64,000 nt of DNA from Lama guanicoe. Taxonomy: Eukaryota. The stretch is taken from contig MU053652.1 in NCBI GenBank assembly GCA_013239625.1, forward strand, positions 5,571,902-5,635,901. The letters are read 5' to 3'. A program made the translations under genes and the position numbers. Shown here piece after piece: positions 10,911 through 23,910 of the stretch. Under the pieces are notes generated by a model. It was not told where the DNA came from, searched no databases, and was given only the letters and a program-made list of their open reading frames with translations. The first letter of the stretch is position 1; each line of letters starts with the position of its first letter.

Positions 10911-13900
10911 CTGCTGTGTTACACACGGAGGGAAGTGAGGCAGAGGTAAGTTCGTTGTATTACTAAAGGCACAGGACTAGTTACTGGCAGAGCTGGGGTA
11001 GAAGCTACATCCTTGGACTCGTAGTCCTTGGAGGAACTCCGAACTTGTGGGTCAGGTGGTGGTAAGAGCTGGTCTTGCTCGCTGCTGGTTGCTCTCTCAC
11101 ACCAGTGGAGGTTGCTTATCTTTGACATGGAGTCTCATGTGGCTTGCTCATGCTTCAAGTATAGTTCATGTTATGCCAGGGATGGGATGTTCATGCTCTT
11201 GGGGTTTTAATTAAGCTGTATTCTTTCTCTGTTTCTGTTTCCTGATGCTTGGATCAATGATGGAAATGTTTTCTGAAAACAGATATTGCAGAAAGAGCTT
11301 ATTGGATGACTGAACTATAACTTTTAGAGATGCAGAAGCTTATAGAAGCAACTTCCTAAACTATGACAGTATCCCCACCCCCACCTTCTCTGCAAGAACA
11401 AGACTGTGTAATATTTGAGAAAGTGATTATGAGGATATGTTCCATCACCACTGCTCTTGACCTGCAGTATTAACAATTGCTCAGGAAAAGCTACTATCTC
11501 ACTCTTTAAGCCTCAGGAATACTTAGAGCCTGTTGAAATCCCCTGGGATTGTGGCTTCAAATTAGAGTTGGCTTGGGGACTTACTCCATCTCCCATTCAC
11601 TTTGAAGTTTTGTCCTGTGGATTTAACCCACTCAGGGATCCACTGATAAAGGAGAGTAGGTTTTGACTGAATTAGGTCTTCCAACAAATGGTATGAAAAT
11701 CTGAAGCTTCACTACAGCCTGAAACACCTGCTGGGGTCAGTGGTACAAACTCTTCCTCTTTAATTGGTTAACTTAACACTTCTGAATGGACAGTGATGAG
11801 AGTTATGGCTTTTACATTATCATTTATGTTTGAAGTTTTTATATATGATGATGTATTACTTTTGTAAGAAGAAAACTATTAAAAGTAAAAAAAAATATTA
11901 AAGGCAAAAAGACAAATTTGTGTTGCGCATTTACTTTGAATAAGGCACAGTGTTAGCCATTCAGGGGCATTGTTGAACATTCTGACACGGTTTTATTCTT
12001 ACAAAATGTTTATAACCTATGAGGGATACAGTGACTACAGAAGTCATGTGGTAGATAGATGGATGGTAGAGAAAATGGAAAGCTGTAATTCCTCTAAAGA
12101 GAGAGCACTGACTTTGGATCGGAGTGCTCAGGGAAGGCTAGGAGATAGGAAATGAGTTGGACCTTAAAATATGGTAACATTTAGGTGGGAGAGGCTTGAA
12201 GGTGGGAAGTACGAGATGTATTCAGGGAGTGTATCGGTCAGTCTGGCCAGAGCGGGGACAGTGTTGAGCGTTCATAGGGAAGATGGAAGTGAAAGTCAGT
12301 GATATGCACTGACTGTGCTCCAGCCCCATACCTCTTCTCCAACACGAGGCTTTGGGAGACGTCAGGTATAATTAGGCATTTTGTTTTAATGACATGAAGA
12401 AGGGGAGGATGGCAGCCAAGGCCCCATGTTTGTTCAGACCGTGACCTTCATTTTCAGCAGTACCAAGGGTTCATCCTATGCTGTGTGTAATATAAAAGGC
12501 TCCCTGGCTTTGTGTCAAATATTTTTATGTCTCTCAGACTTCCTTTCCTTTGTAAGCCCTGATGGGCTCCCTGAGACTGGTGATAAAGCGCAAACCTAGC
12601 GGGTGACGGCAGATATGTTATAAATTAGTGAACAGGCGCTCAGAGAGCTGTGTTTGGAACAGTCTGGAATCTGAGACCACGATTTGCAGTATCTCCCAGA
12701 AACAGATTTTAGAGTTCAGCTCCTTAGAAAAGCCAGGTCCCCCATCCCCCACCCCACCTTGGGAATCTGAAAAAACTGCAAATGGACTAAAATTTAAATG
12801 AAGCTTTAGTACCTCTGATGCACTTTGGTTAGCTATTCAAAATAATGATGCATAATTTGGTTGCATAAAACATATGTTCCTCTTTTATGCATTTGTTCTA
12901 TTTACTTCCTCCAAGTTTTTATTTGAAAAGGTACTTCACATATATTCGATGCCCCAGGTAGCATTTCCTAATCAGAATATTGTGCAGATCTTTTCAGGCT
13001 GATTTACTTACGATGTGGCAATGCATTCATAGTAGCAGCAGTTGGTAAACACTATTTACAATAAAGGGGGAGAAACGCATTTCGTCAGTTGGCCGCCACA
13101 AATTGAAACATACATGCAAAACCATGAGTTTTAATAAATGTGACATAAGTTGACAGAGCATGGAAGACAGAAGAATGGAAAATGGTGTCCCTAAATCAAT
13201 TTAATGTGGTAACAACCCCAAACAAACAACAGATTGGGCCTCTTCAGCAAAACACACTAGAAAAACGAAGGTTGTCAGAAATTGTTCACAGTATATTCTT
13301 CATCAAATTGCAGAGGAGATTATCTGACAGAATTAAGTACAAAGTCAGTTATGAGAAATTTGTTCTCTCAGTAGCTAACGTTGAGAATATTATTTATATT
13401 AACAGGCAAAATAGGCTGGCAGTACACAAGCAATTATCTAAATTTTATGGATGTGGTTCTGCCCATAAATCTGGGTAATGATGGCACATCTCTTATGGGA
13501 CCATATTAACTTACGGGCACCATAATTGTATTGAATCAAGACAATGTCCACTTGAAGATGAAGGCATCAGGTTGATAGTCACTACCTGATGGGTAGACGA
13601 AAAGGCCCTGGTCTTCCACAGCAAAAGAAACTTTCCAATTAACTATAAACGAATGTAATTTGAATACTGACCTCTTTTATATTCATTAGCTGCTCCAGAA
13701 CAATTTCATTGCCAGAAGGTTAAGGGATGTGAAATTAAAGTAGTCTCCTTTTTCATATGATAAAAACAAAGTAGGTAGGTAGACTGTCAAAGGCATTGAA
13801 CCCAGAAATAGAGACTCTGATTTTTGCAGAGATCTAATTTCATTTCAACCTTCTTTTCATCTGAAGCTTCTTCTGATATAGCAGAGTGAGTCTTGGTTCT

Positions 13901-14424
13901 GATGTGAATGAGTTGGTATTTCCAAAACATGAACTTACATAATTGAATCAGATGAGAAGTACAAATCTAAGAATCAGATCTCTTTCTGCCTTTGTTTTGT
14001 CAACACTGTTATGTGAAAGTTTTTACTAAATTTAAAATACTGAAATGAATTTATTCATAATCTTTGTTGTATCAGATAGGATATTTCAATTCTCCTTCTC
14101 TCCAAAACTTTGAAAAATTTATCATTGTCATAGACTTGCAAAAATGATTAAAGCTTTTATTAGCTCATAAAAGGGTTTTACCAGGCCACTTGAACAGAGA
14201 ATACCCAGAGAGGAAAGAAATCAATTCATTCTCAGCATAAATGTTACTTACCTCAGGCTAATATTTAACTAATTATAATAACAATAAGGTTGGAGTTAAA
14301 AAATAATGTCTGAACTAGACATTTATTAGAAAAAATTGGCATTTTGCTTCAGATTGGTTTCCTAGTTTAGGACTTGCAAATATGCCTGGTTTCCATCTTT
14401 GTGAATAAAAATACTGTAGTTTTT

Positions 14425-14600
14425 ACTATATATAAAATAGCTAAGCTACTAGGACCCAGGGAACTATATTCAATACCTTGTAATGGCCTATAATAAAAAA
14501 GAATATGAAAAGGAATATATATATATATATATATATAAATGAATCATTATGCCAGAAATTAACACAATATTGTAAATCTACTATACATCAATAAAAAAAT
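14425..14600 (+). mobile_element. Young 5'-truncated L1 3' end containing (AT)n
   Basis: agggaactatattcaataccttgtaatggcctataat...gaatatgaaaaggaatatat...ccagaaattaacacaatattgtaaatc...aataaaaaaa. Confidence 0.85.
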
Positions 14601-14631
14601 AACATACTTTTAATTTTTGTGTAAATATACT

Positions 14632-15132
14632 TGTGGTATATACTGCATCATGGGCCTCATTTCTCCATCTCTCCCTATAACACTCTTTTTGCCTTTTTAT
14701 TTCCCAGTCCATTTCTTCTGGGGGTGAGACATAATCCCGTCCCTGGTTTCTGCCACGTGGCTTGCTTTGGCCAACAGAATGAGGTAGAGGGGAGGATATG
14801 TCAGCTCTGAGTTTAGGCCTCAAAAGTCCTGTGTATTTCTGAGAGCAAGCTCCTTCTCCATCCATGAGACTGTGCCTGGACCACCTGCTGGAGGAGAAGA
14901 GACCTATGGAACTGAGCTAGGTAATTCCAGTTGTCCCAGCCATGGCCAGCTGATAACAGCCAATGGCTAGTGACTGCAGACATGTAAAGAAGCCTGGCTA
15001 AGACTAGAAGAGCCATCGAACCAACCTCCAGCTGACCCAGGCATAAACAATAATTGCTTATTTCTGAATGTTACTGAGGTTTTCGTGGCTGTTTGTTATG
15101 CAGTACTACTATGGCAGTAGATAGCTGATACA
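14632..15132 (+). mobile_element. MaLR solo LTR (MLT1I/J-like)
   Basis: TG...CA ends; cttgctttggccaacagaatg; gtttgttatgcag...tagctgataca; perfect 5-bp TSD ATACT at 14627-14631 and 15133-15137. Confidence 0.85.
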
Positions 15133-16739
15133 ATACTTATGCTGATTTATTTTCAGAGGTAAAATTTGCTGACTTGTATGTTTCTAGCGGTGGGAATATA
15201 TTGCTCTAAGCTGGGTGCTCTCTTTCTAAAAATTCTCCTAGTAGTAGAATTCAAGAGCAGATCCATTGGCACGTGAGGTCACAGAAAGGTGCAGAGCCCT
15301 GTAAGGTTCAGTAGCTCATGAACCAGACAGAGACGTAGTCTATGACCTTGACTTCTTTTCACTTGCAACTACCAATGTTATTTCCTTCCCTTTCTGGCTT
15401 CTATTTTTCCCTTTATTGTTCAGCAAAAAGTAATTAAACATTTATTTAATGTCTCCCATGTGTCATTGCGGGGCCACACAGACGAGACTCAAGGAGAGTG
15501 TGAAAATGCACTTTGTTTGAACCAATTAGGAAGAAATAATTTAGGTAAAGCATCGATTTGGGGATATTTGCTTACTATCCCCAAATATTTACATGCAATG
15601 CTTATAGCAGGAGAAAGAAAAAGGAATAAACCAGACCTGCTACACAGGATGAAGGAGACAGAATTCTGCAGATCCTTTATCAAATGGAATATAGTGATGC
15701 CCCTCCCCCTCTGGCCAATTCTAAATAAAGCCACTTCTCAGCTCTGGAGATGAATCACTGCATTCATGATAAGGCACTTGAGAATTACTGTTGTTTATAG
15801 AAAGCAGCCCCAGCAGCAGCATGGTTTAAGAAACCCTACAGTTAAAACACAAACACATTTACAATGATGAGTGATGGAAAATAGCTCAAACCTGCAGGTC
15901 TTCCTATCACACCCAGTGGACTTGTGTTAGGTACTAGGGGAAGAGATTCCACCACTGGAGAGAAAACATTGAGGGCACATGTTTGACTGCAACCCAAATT
16001 CCTACAAAGGCACTTTCAAAGTTTCTGACTTTTATGGCAGTTTTGGATTTACAATATAATAGAAAGGCTTGGGCAATGGAAACCATGAGAAAATAAAAGT
16101 TTCTTTCACTACTTCAGAGGCTTAGTGTTTATATCATCACTTTAGACAAGATACAAGTCAAGGGGATGAGACTGTGGAGTGCTGACTGGAGGGTGGTCAA
16201 CTTAGCCCTGGTGGATTGATGGGGGAGGTTCCGCCAGGTCAAGGTCAGTGAGTGTCCTCAGACTGGTTTGGATGGTTTCAATCTGACTCCCTGGATAAAT
16301 GATTGTTTGATTTATTAACAAAGTTTGCTTGCTCTTTGATAAGCACTGTACCAAGCTTGGCTAGAGGTGCCCTTGACGGATTGGCTGGGGAGATTAAACA
16401 TGGCAGTGAGGATGAGTCAGAAAAAAAAAAGATGTTAGATGTAGTATATGTATAAATTAACAACCTTATCAGGCACAAAATAATAAGGCATAGTTAGGAG
16501 TCAACTCATTGAAGGTTGCTCTTTGGAGGTGGGTGTTGGGACTTCGCACAATGCTTGAGATAGGCATGGTGTGGCTGAGGGTGTATGATGAAGGCTCCAG
16601 CTGGGGCCGTGCTGTGGACATGGGATGGAGGTGGAAAGCATCTTGGAGCTCAAGTAGCCCCTCATCCTTAGCAGAGCTAAGATCTATCCAGTGTTTTATT
16701 CATATCTTTATCTAAGAACTTTTCAGTTATTACTGAAGA

Positions 16740-16950
16740 GGCAGTGTCATTTAGGACCACATTACTAGGTATGATTCTTGGCTCTGCCATTTACTAGTTG
16801 TGTGATGTGGGTCATGTTATTAACATCTGTGTCTTAGTTTTCTCATCTATAAGGTGGTGCCTCATCCTAGGGTTGTCATGAGGATACAAAGAGCCCAGTT
16901 TAAATATCCCATGTAGATGTGCTCAGACATAGTAACTGCTATTACATGTC
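16740..16950 (+). mobile_element. MIR
   Basis: ggctctgccatttactagttgtgtga...ttttctcatctataag. Confidence 0.75.
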
Positions 16951-17129
16951 AAGAACAGGGACAGTTTTTTTATTCCTAGAACCTAGTACCAGGTGTTTCC
17001 CATTGTAGGCACTCAACAACTGTTAGATGGATGTGAGAAGGAGGGCTGACACCAAGCAGTCAAGGTCAGATGAGTTCAGTGAAGGAATAATAGCATCAAA
17101 GCTAAAGGAGCCTGTTGATTTTGCTTAGT

Positions 17130-17420
17130 CCCATTCTATTGTCATTTTCACAGCTGAGAAAACAGGACAGAGTACCTACATGTAATCTGAGCCACTTGGA
17201 TGTGGCAGACAGGAGAGCAGTATGAAGATACTGTATTGGAGAAAAATTGGGCTTGGGTGTAAAGATGAAAGGAGTCAAGAAAGTGAGAGTAGAAGCTGTG
17301 GGCTCAGCCTCTTCTATGGGAGATGTGCCACAGAAGGGACTGAGAAGGAGGAATCTGCCCAAGAATCATGCAGAGGAAGGTGTAGGAGTTCGTGATTCAG
17401 ATGAGAGAACTTGTGAACAC
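17130..17420 (-). mobile_element. L2 internal remnant
   Basis: ggagtcaagaaagtgagagtagaagctgtggg, ggactgagaaggag. Confidence 0.4.
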
Positions 17421-18409
17421 CAAATGCAGATTTATGATCAGGGAGTTGGTGCCAGTTATGGCCCATTAGCTGATGGCTTCGGAGGTCATCTGGGTCCACT
17501 GCCATTTGCTATTTGTATGGAAAACCCTAAATTGAACGTTCTGACTTCAGGGGTTGGAGACTCACTTTGATGGCCCTGCAGTTCCTCTTTGAAACTGAGT
17601 GTGAAAGAACCGCTCCTGCTTGCTTTGAAATGAGCATTCTTTCCTTGAAAAATAAATCCTCTGTCAAAATAGTTTGGTCTTGGCAATGGCAAAAATGGGA
17701 AAAAATGAAAGTGCGTATATATGACATCTCAAGGTACATGATGTTGGGGTTATTATGACCTTGATATTTTGATATTAAGTGATGTTCTTTTAAATAGCTT
17801 GTACTTGTCTTTGTCAGGAAACATGACTTGGAAAGTAGTTCTGAGTTCATTAATAAATGTTGATTGTGTCCTCATTGTGTGTTCTCAACTAGAGTAGATC
17901 AACAGATGTTTATTGAGCAATGGGCTAGAACTGGGGATAAAGAGATGATGAAAACTGTCCTCTTGCTCTCACTGTCTGACTGAAAAGACAGATGTACAGA
18001 TAGACAAGAGAACCCTCACTGAATTGTGCAACACTTGATACCTCTTTGTTGTTCTCAACTGTGGAAGCCAACGGCAGGGTCTTGAGTTGACGTAACTCCA
18101 ACTGTCAGATCTCTAGGCAGTCCTGTACTGCTCAGATTCCCTCACTTCATGAAGCTCTCCTCAAATGAAGCCCCCTTGTCTAAGCTTCTTTTGTGCCCAC
18201 CACAATCCCTTGATATTATATGCTGTGTATAAAGAGCAAGAAGAACAAAGAGGGAGTCATCATCAACTCTTGGAGTTGATAGTCCCACAGAGGAGGTACA
18301 TCCTATTTTCCCTCATTTTGTGTAAGATCTATTTTATCAAAACTGAAAAGTCCTTGTCTAAAAAATTAATGCATTTTAATATTCTCTTTGTGTGTGTATG
18401 TTTTATACC

Positions 18410-18825
18410 TACATCAATCAGGGTCTAGGAAAGTAACAGATGGGGAGAAATAAACAAAGGGACTGTTTCAAAGATGTGGACAGGGTTATGGGAATCTAAC
18501 AAGGGATGGTTCAAAAGCATAGAATGATGCCACTCATCTAACTGAAGGCACCTGTGGAGCGGCTTAGGAGGTGGCTGTCTGCCATGAACTGTGGTCTTTG
18601 CTCAAGAAATGTGGCCATTGTCTGCCCACAGCATAGCAGAGAGGGAGCTAAGAAATTAACTACTCTTGTCTCACTCTCCTCCTGCCTTCTGCTCTCCTGT
18701 GACTTGGTTTTCATGGAAGTCCTAGTGATGGTGCCCCTTAATGTAGACCATAAAGGTCAGACCTCTGGGCAGCATAGAGAGGGTAGAGAGTGTATCTTGA
18801 GAGGCAATGGAGACTACCTAGCACA
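18410..18825 (-). mobile_element. ERVL solo LTR (LTR33-like)
   Basis: agggactgtttcaaagatgtggacagggt...aacaagggatggt...gagagtgtatcttgagaggca...tagcaca. Confidence 0.7.
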
Positions 18826-20059
18826 ATACTTGTTACATTTATTGATTTGAACCTTCATATGTGTCCATGTCTAATAAGACATAGGGCCAATTCCCCCCTT
18901 CCTTCCAAGTCAATAATAAACACTTCTAATTTATATCTTGTCTATTATTTTTTTTGCTCAGGTATCTTCCCTGGTTATCTCTTTAGCAATGGTTTATAGC
19001 ATTTTGATGTTTCTGTTCTCCATATCATCTCCTTCATTTGTCTGGCCCAGAGCTCTTTTTGTTTTATCCTATTATAGCATATTTATCATGAAACTACTGT
19101 ATATTTTCCATGGTACAAATATGTACATAAGGCATTTTCTTTAGCTCTTTCTCCTCTTATGGCTCAAATTAGTGCACATTATTAATTAAGCCTCAAAATA
19201 CCCCAGTGAGATAGATAGTAATGCATACATAACGCGAAAGATGACAAGAGACAGAAAATTATTAAGATGATTAAATGGGTAGGAATTTTCATATATGCTA
19301 GAATGGAAGATTAAAATACACTACATTGTATACACAGACACTCCTACTGAGACACTACATTTCCAGGGATCCTGGGTCCTCTCCTTCTTGGTCACCCAGA
19401 TAACAGCAAGGTCTCTTGAATGATGTTAGTACCTGAGCTGATGAGTGTACCTGAGCCCAGTGCATTGGTGCCCATTTGGATAACAGAATGGGATGGGAAA
19501 TGGCTAAGATGTCAAAATTGTTCAAGAGACATGGCCGTACTTAACGATAACCTTATGTATATAATGCGACAAGAGTATTTTAACCTTTTACTCCTACACA
19601 AAAATTTGAAGAACAAAATAGAAAGGCACCTAGAGTCTAGGTGGCCCTGGATGTCTCTTCAAATACCTTTTCATTTTGTGTTGTCGCTATCAACCTTCTC
19701 ATTAAGGAATCACCAATTTTGGTCAAAGTTTTGTGCTTGGAAGACTCCTGCTCCTGTGTCTCAGAGAGTTCATAGCAATGAAAACATTTTAAGTCTTAAC
19801 TGTGAATTCCTTGCTATCATAGAAGTAGAGCCCTGACAAAATGAGTCAGAAACATAATTCTGATGAATGGGCTACCTGCCCATTCTGCTTACCTAGTAAA
19901 GATGCTGGGCATGGTGACACACCTAACTGGGTGATGTGTTAGGGGAAACTGGGTAGCCAGAAAACAGCATGAAGGTATTGTATGCTTGAAGGGATCAGGG
20001 CAGTTATTCCAAACTCAATTTGCTATTCAATGGTGCCTTAGGTATTCCCTGATTTTTAT

Positions 20060-20245
20060 TTTTTGTTGTTGGTGTAAATTTTGGTGGGTTTTGACAAATT
20101 CATGATGTCATGTATCTGCAAAAATAGTATCATACAGAATAGTTTAATCACCCTAAAAAAAATCCCCTCTGCTTCACATACTCAGTCCTCCTTCCCTGAC
20201 TTTCCTGAGCCCCTAGTACCTGAATAATCACTGATCTTTTTATTA
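20060..20245 (-). mobile_element. L1MC-like 3'UTR fragment
   Basis: gggttttgacaaat...catacagaatagtttaatcaccctaaaaaa...cactgatcttttta. Confidence 0.75.
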
Positions 20246-21900
20246 TTTATATTTAAGGTAGGTTTCTTGTAGGCAACACATAGTTGGGTCTTTTTTTTTT
20301 TAATCTACTCTGACAATCCCTGTCTTTTACTTTATGTATTTAAACCATTTACATTAAAAGTGATAACCAATATGACTGTATTAATATCTACCATGTTTAT
20401 AACTATTTTCTAGTCATTGCATTTTTTTGGTCCCCCTCCATTTTTTTCTGCCTTCTCTGATATTAACTGAGCATTTTATATGATTTCGTTTTATCTCTTC
20501 TCTTAGCAGTTCTTAAAACTTTTTCAGTGGTGCTCTAGAGTTTGCAATATACATTTTAAACTAATCTAAACCCACCATCTGATAACACTATACCACTTCA
20601 CGTGTCCTGCATTTCATGTGTACTTACAACAGTATTGCTAATTCCTCCCTTCCATTCCCTTATGATATTGCTGCAATTCATTTCACTTATTCATGTTATA
20701 GTTGACCAATACATGGATACTATTATTACTTTAAGAAAACAGTTATCTTTTAGATCAATTAAGAATAAGAAAAATAAATGATTTTATCTTCACTTGTTCC
20801 TTCTCTGTTGTTTTCCCTTTATTTATATAGATATGAGTTTTTGAACTTTATCATTTTCCTTCTCCCTGAAGAATTATTAACATACAGGTCTGCTGGTGAT
20901 GAATTCTCTCAGTTTTTATTTGTCTGTGGAAGGCTTTATTTTTCCTTCACTTTTGAAGGATAATTTTGCTGGATATAAAATTCTAGGTTGGTGATTTTTG
21001 TCTTTCAACACTTAAATATTTCATTCCATTATCTTCTTGCTTACATGGTTTCTGATGAGAAATGTGCCATTCCTTAATAATCTTAATCTTAATCTTGATC
21101 TTGTTCCTCAATAGGAAAGGTGTTGTTTTCTCTAGCTTCTTTCAAGATTTTCTCATTGTATTTGGTTTCCTGTAGTTTGAATATGATATACTTAGATGAA
21201 GAAATCTTTTGGTGTTTTATTCTGCTTGGTATCCTCTGAATCTCCCTGATGTGGTTTGGTGTCTGTCATTAATTTTGGAAAATTCTCAGTCACTATTATT
21301 TTAAATATTTCTTCTACTCCACGTTCTTTCTTCTCCTTCTGGTATTACAATTCCATGTATATTGCACAGTTCTTGAATATTCTGTTCTGTTTTTTCCCCC
21401 ATACTTTTTTCTCTTTGCATATCAGTTTGTAAAGTTTCTGTTGATTTATCTTCAAGCTCACTTGTTCTTTCCTTGGCCATGTCTGGTCTACTGATGAGCC
21501 CGTTAAAGGCATTCTTCATTTCTGTTATGGTGTTTCTGATTTCTAGAATTCCATTTTGATTCTTTCTCAGAGTCCACTGCTTTACTTACATTACCCATCT
21601 GTTCTTGCAAGTTGTCTGAGTTTTTTCATGATAACTTTTAACATTTTAATTATAAATTGTTTTAAATTCCAGTGTAATAATCCCAAAATCTGTGTCATAT
21701 TCAAATTTGGTTCTCATGCTTGCTCTGTGTCTTCAGGTTGTTTTTTCCTTATCTTTTCACATGCCTTATAATTTTTTGTTGAAATCCAAACATGCTATAT
21801 CAGGCAATAGGAACTGAAGTAAAAGGACCTTTAGAATGAGGCTTTATGTCAATATGGCTAGGAATTGGGCTGTTTTTCATGTTTTCTCTAGACTATGTGC
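20246..21900 (-). mobile_element. Old L1 5' portion: decayed ORF1 and the start of the ORF2 endonuclease
   Basis: ORF 21301-21519 (MKNAFNGLISR..ERTSELEDKS..NIQEL..IPEGEE) is ORF1p-like; the minus strand from 20394 reads MVDINTVILVITFNVNGLN*..DPTMCCLQETYL, matching the ORF2p N-terminus with stops and a frameshift. Confidence 0.9.
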
Positions 21901-23589
21901 TAGATACATAGAGGAAGGAAAATTCTATCCAGATAGATGGATCAGGAAAGATGTCAGAAAGCATTGGGATCATTTTATATGGTCGATAGGGCTCTGACAT
22001 GTGGAGTTAGGAATCGATAATCTGGACTAAAGTATTATAACAAAGGTCAGTAATTTTAAAATGGAGAGATTTTAATGCCCCTGAGTGATCCTGTTTGACT
22101 AAAGTGGAGGAGTAGGAGGAATAGTAGGGTAGCAGTGGGACTTATTGGTGGAGTCAAATTAGATTGAGGGCTCAGTTTATAAAGGGTCTTGAAAAACAGG
22201 CTTAGGAATCTCTATAATGTTCCCTTGCCTCCTTAAACATTTACAAATGGGAATTTATACTTGGGTAGTTGAAAGGGCAAAAATCTGGGGTTGGGGATTA
22301 GGCTAATGGCAGTGTCAGCAAGGAAAACTGGAGGGGGTTCCACTGTCCACCAGGAAGTGGTTAATATGCACAAAATGTCCGCTGCCTTATCTTCTTTCTC
22401 AAGGAAATTTTTCACTTCTTTTATTTAATTTTTTTTTTTGCGATAGGGCTGTATTTCTGATTTTAAAATGAAAATTATGAAAATCACATTTTTTCTTTTT
22501 AGTAATTTTAGAAATTCATAATATAGTTAGCACCATAGGAATAATGCATCCTTTGGAAAGTGTGAATAGGAATGGGGATGAGATGGAGGAGAGTATTCTA
22601 GAATTTAAGTGCTGATTGTGGTAACAAAAGTCACCCTCAGGAGGGTTCCCTCCATTTTACCTTTTCTAGTGGGTTTTAGGCTATCCGGGGCTTGTGGCCT
22701 TACTCATCAGTGTTCTTCTTTTTGGAAATCTGCTCTATCTATTCTGCTTTACACAAACCTGCTTTAAGGAAGGGACAGGACACTAGTCATTTACACCTTA
22801 GTATAAATTTATTAATTTTTCCCCATGAGTATATTAATTTTTTATTTTAAGAGTCAATTCTCTTTGTACAATCTTTGCCTCATGTTAATGATGTCAAGGC
22901 ATCAGTGTCTGAGTGGGGAAAGTGTGGGTAATGGAGTCAAAACAAATTCCCTAATGTCCTTGAATTATATCAAATGGGGAGTTTATGTCTAATCTTCACA
23001 AGTCTTGGTTGGATGAAAGCTGTCAAGTGTGGAAAAGAGGCTAATCTATTACTCTCAATACAAAGCTCCCTGTGCATCCATAGCTGACTGTCCTAAGTGA
23101 TAGAAGACATTTGTAATTCACATATTCAAATCTGGGCTTCTGAAGTATGGGTTGACACTGGGAAATTACCAGCTCAGAGCTGTGAGCATTGGCAAGATAC
23201 TTGGTGTTAGCAAACATCAGAGAAAACTTTTAAACAGCATTTTCTACCTTGTTAGGAAATAATATTTCTTATATTTGCTCAATTCTAACCTTAAATTCAA
23301 CTTTCAGCAGGGAAGTGTGGGTAAAAATTGGTACCCACCTTGATGCTTTTCATCTTGCTTCTGACAGTGCCGTCCTTGGAGGAGACTTTAAAAAATAGTT
23401 GAGAAGTTAAAAGTCTTCCATTGTGAAAAAGAAATGTTTAGAAATTTTTCTGCCAAAAGATTGAAGTGGAATGAATGTAATAATAGTTTTAACAAAACAG
23501 AGTTCAGGGACCAAGAGGTCCAGTTAAGCTACCAAGAGGCATCCTGTAGTCAGCCTTTCTTGAGGGTGAGGGGCAGGGGCAGGAAAGGG

Positions 23590-23910
23590 CACACCATATC
23601 AGGTGTGATCAAGTCATCTTCTCAGTGGCCAATAACCATCCTATTTAAAACAACAGCCTCCCGACACTCGCAATCCCCCATAACATGGTTCATGTATTAT
23701 TTTCTCCATAGCACTTAATTGCCCTCTAACACAGTACATAATTTAGCCGTGCATTGTGTTTGTGTTTTCCACTACAGTGTAAACTCCCAGGGGGCATGAA
23801 GCTTATCCCAGCTGTATTCCTAGTGCCTAGACCAGTGCTTGACACAATGCTGGGTGTTTCCTAGCTATCTATTGAATGTATGCAGGAGTGGATACATGAA
23901 TGAATGAATG
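23590..23910 (+). mobile_element. L2 3' end
   Basis: tttctccatagcactta...ctagtgcctagaccagtgcttgacaca...gaatgaatgaatg. Confidence 0.8.

Noticed and set aside
13182..13478. 98-aa ORF as a coding exon
   Set aside because: No recognisable protein or convincing flanking splice sites; better explained as non-coding regulatory sequence.
21301..21519. Coiled-coil-like 72-aa ORF as a host gene
   Set aside because: It is a decayed L1 ORF1p fragment.
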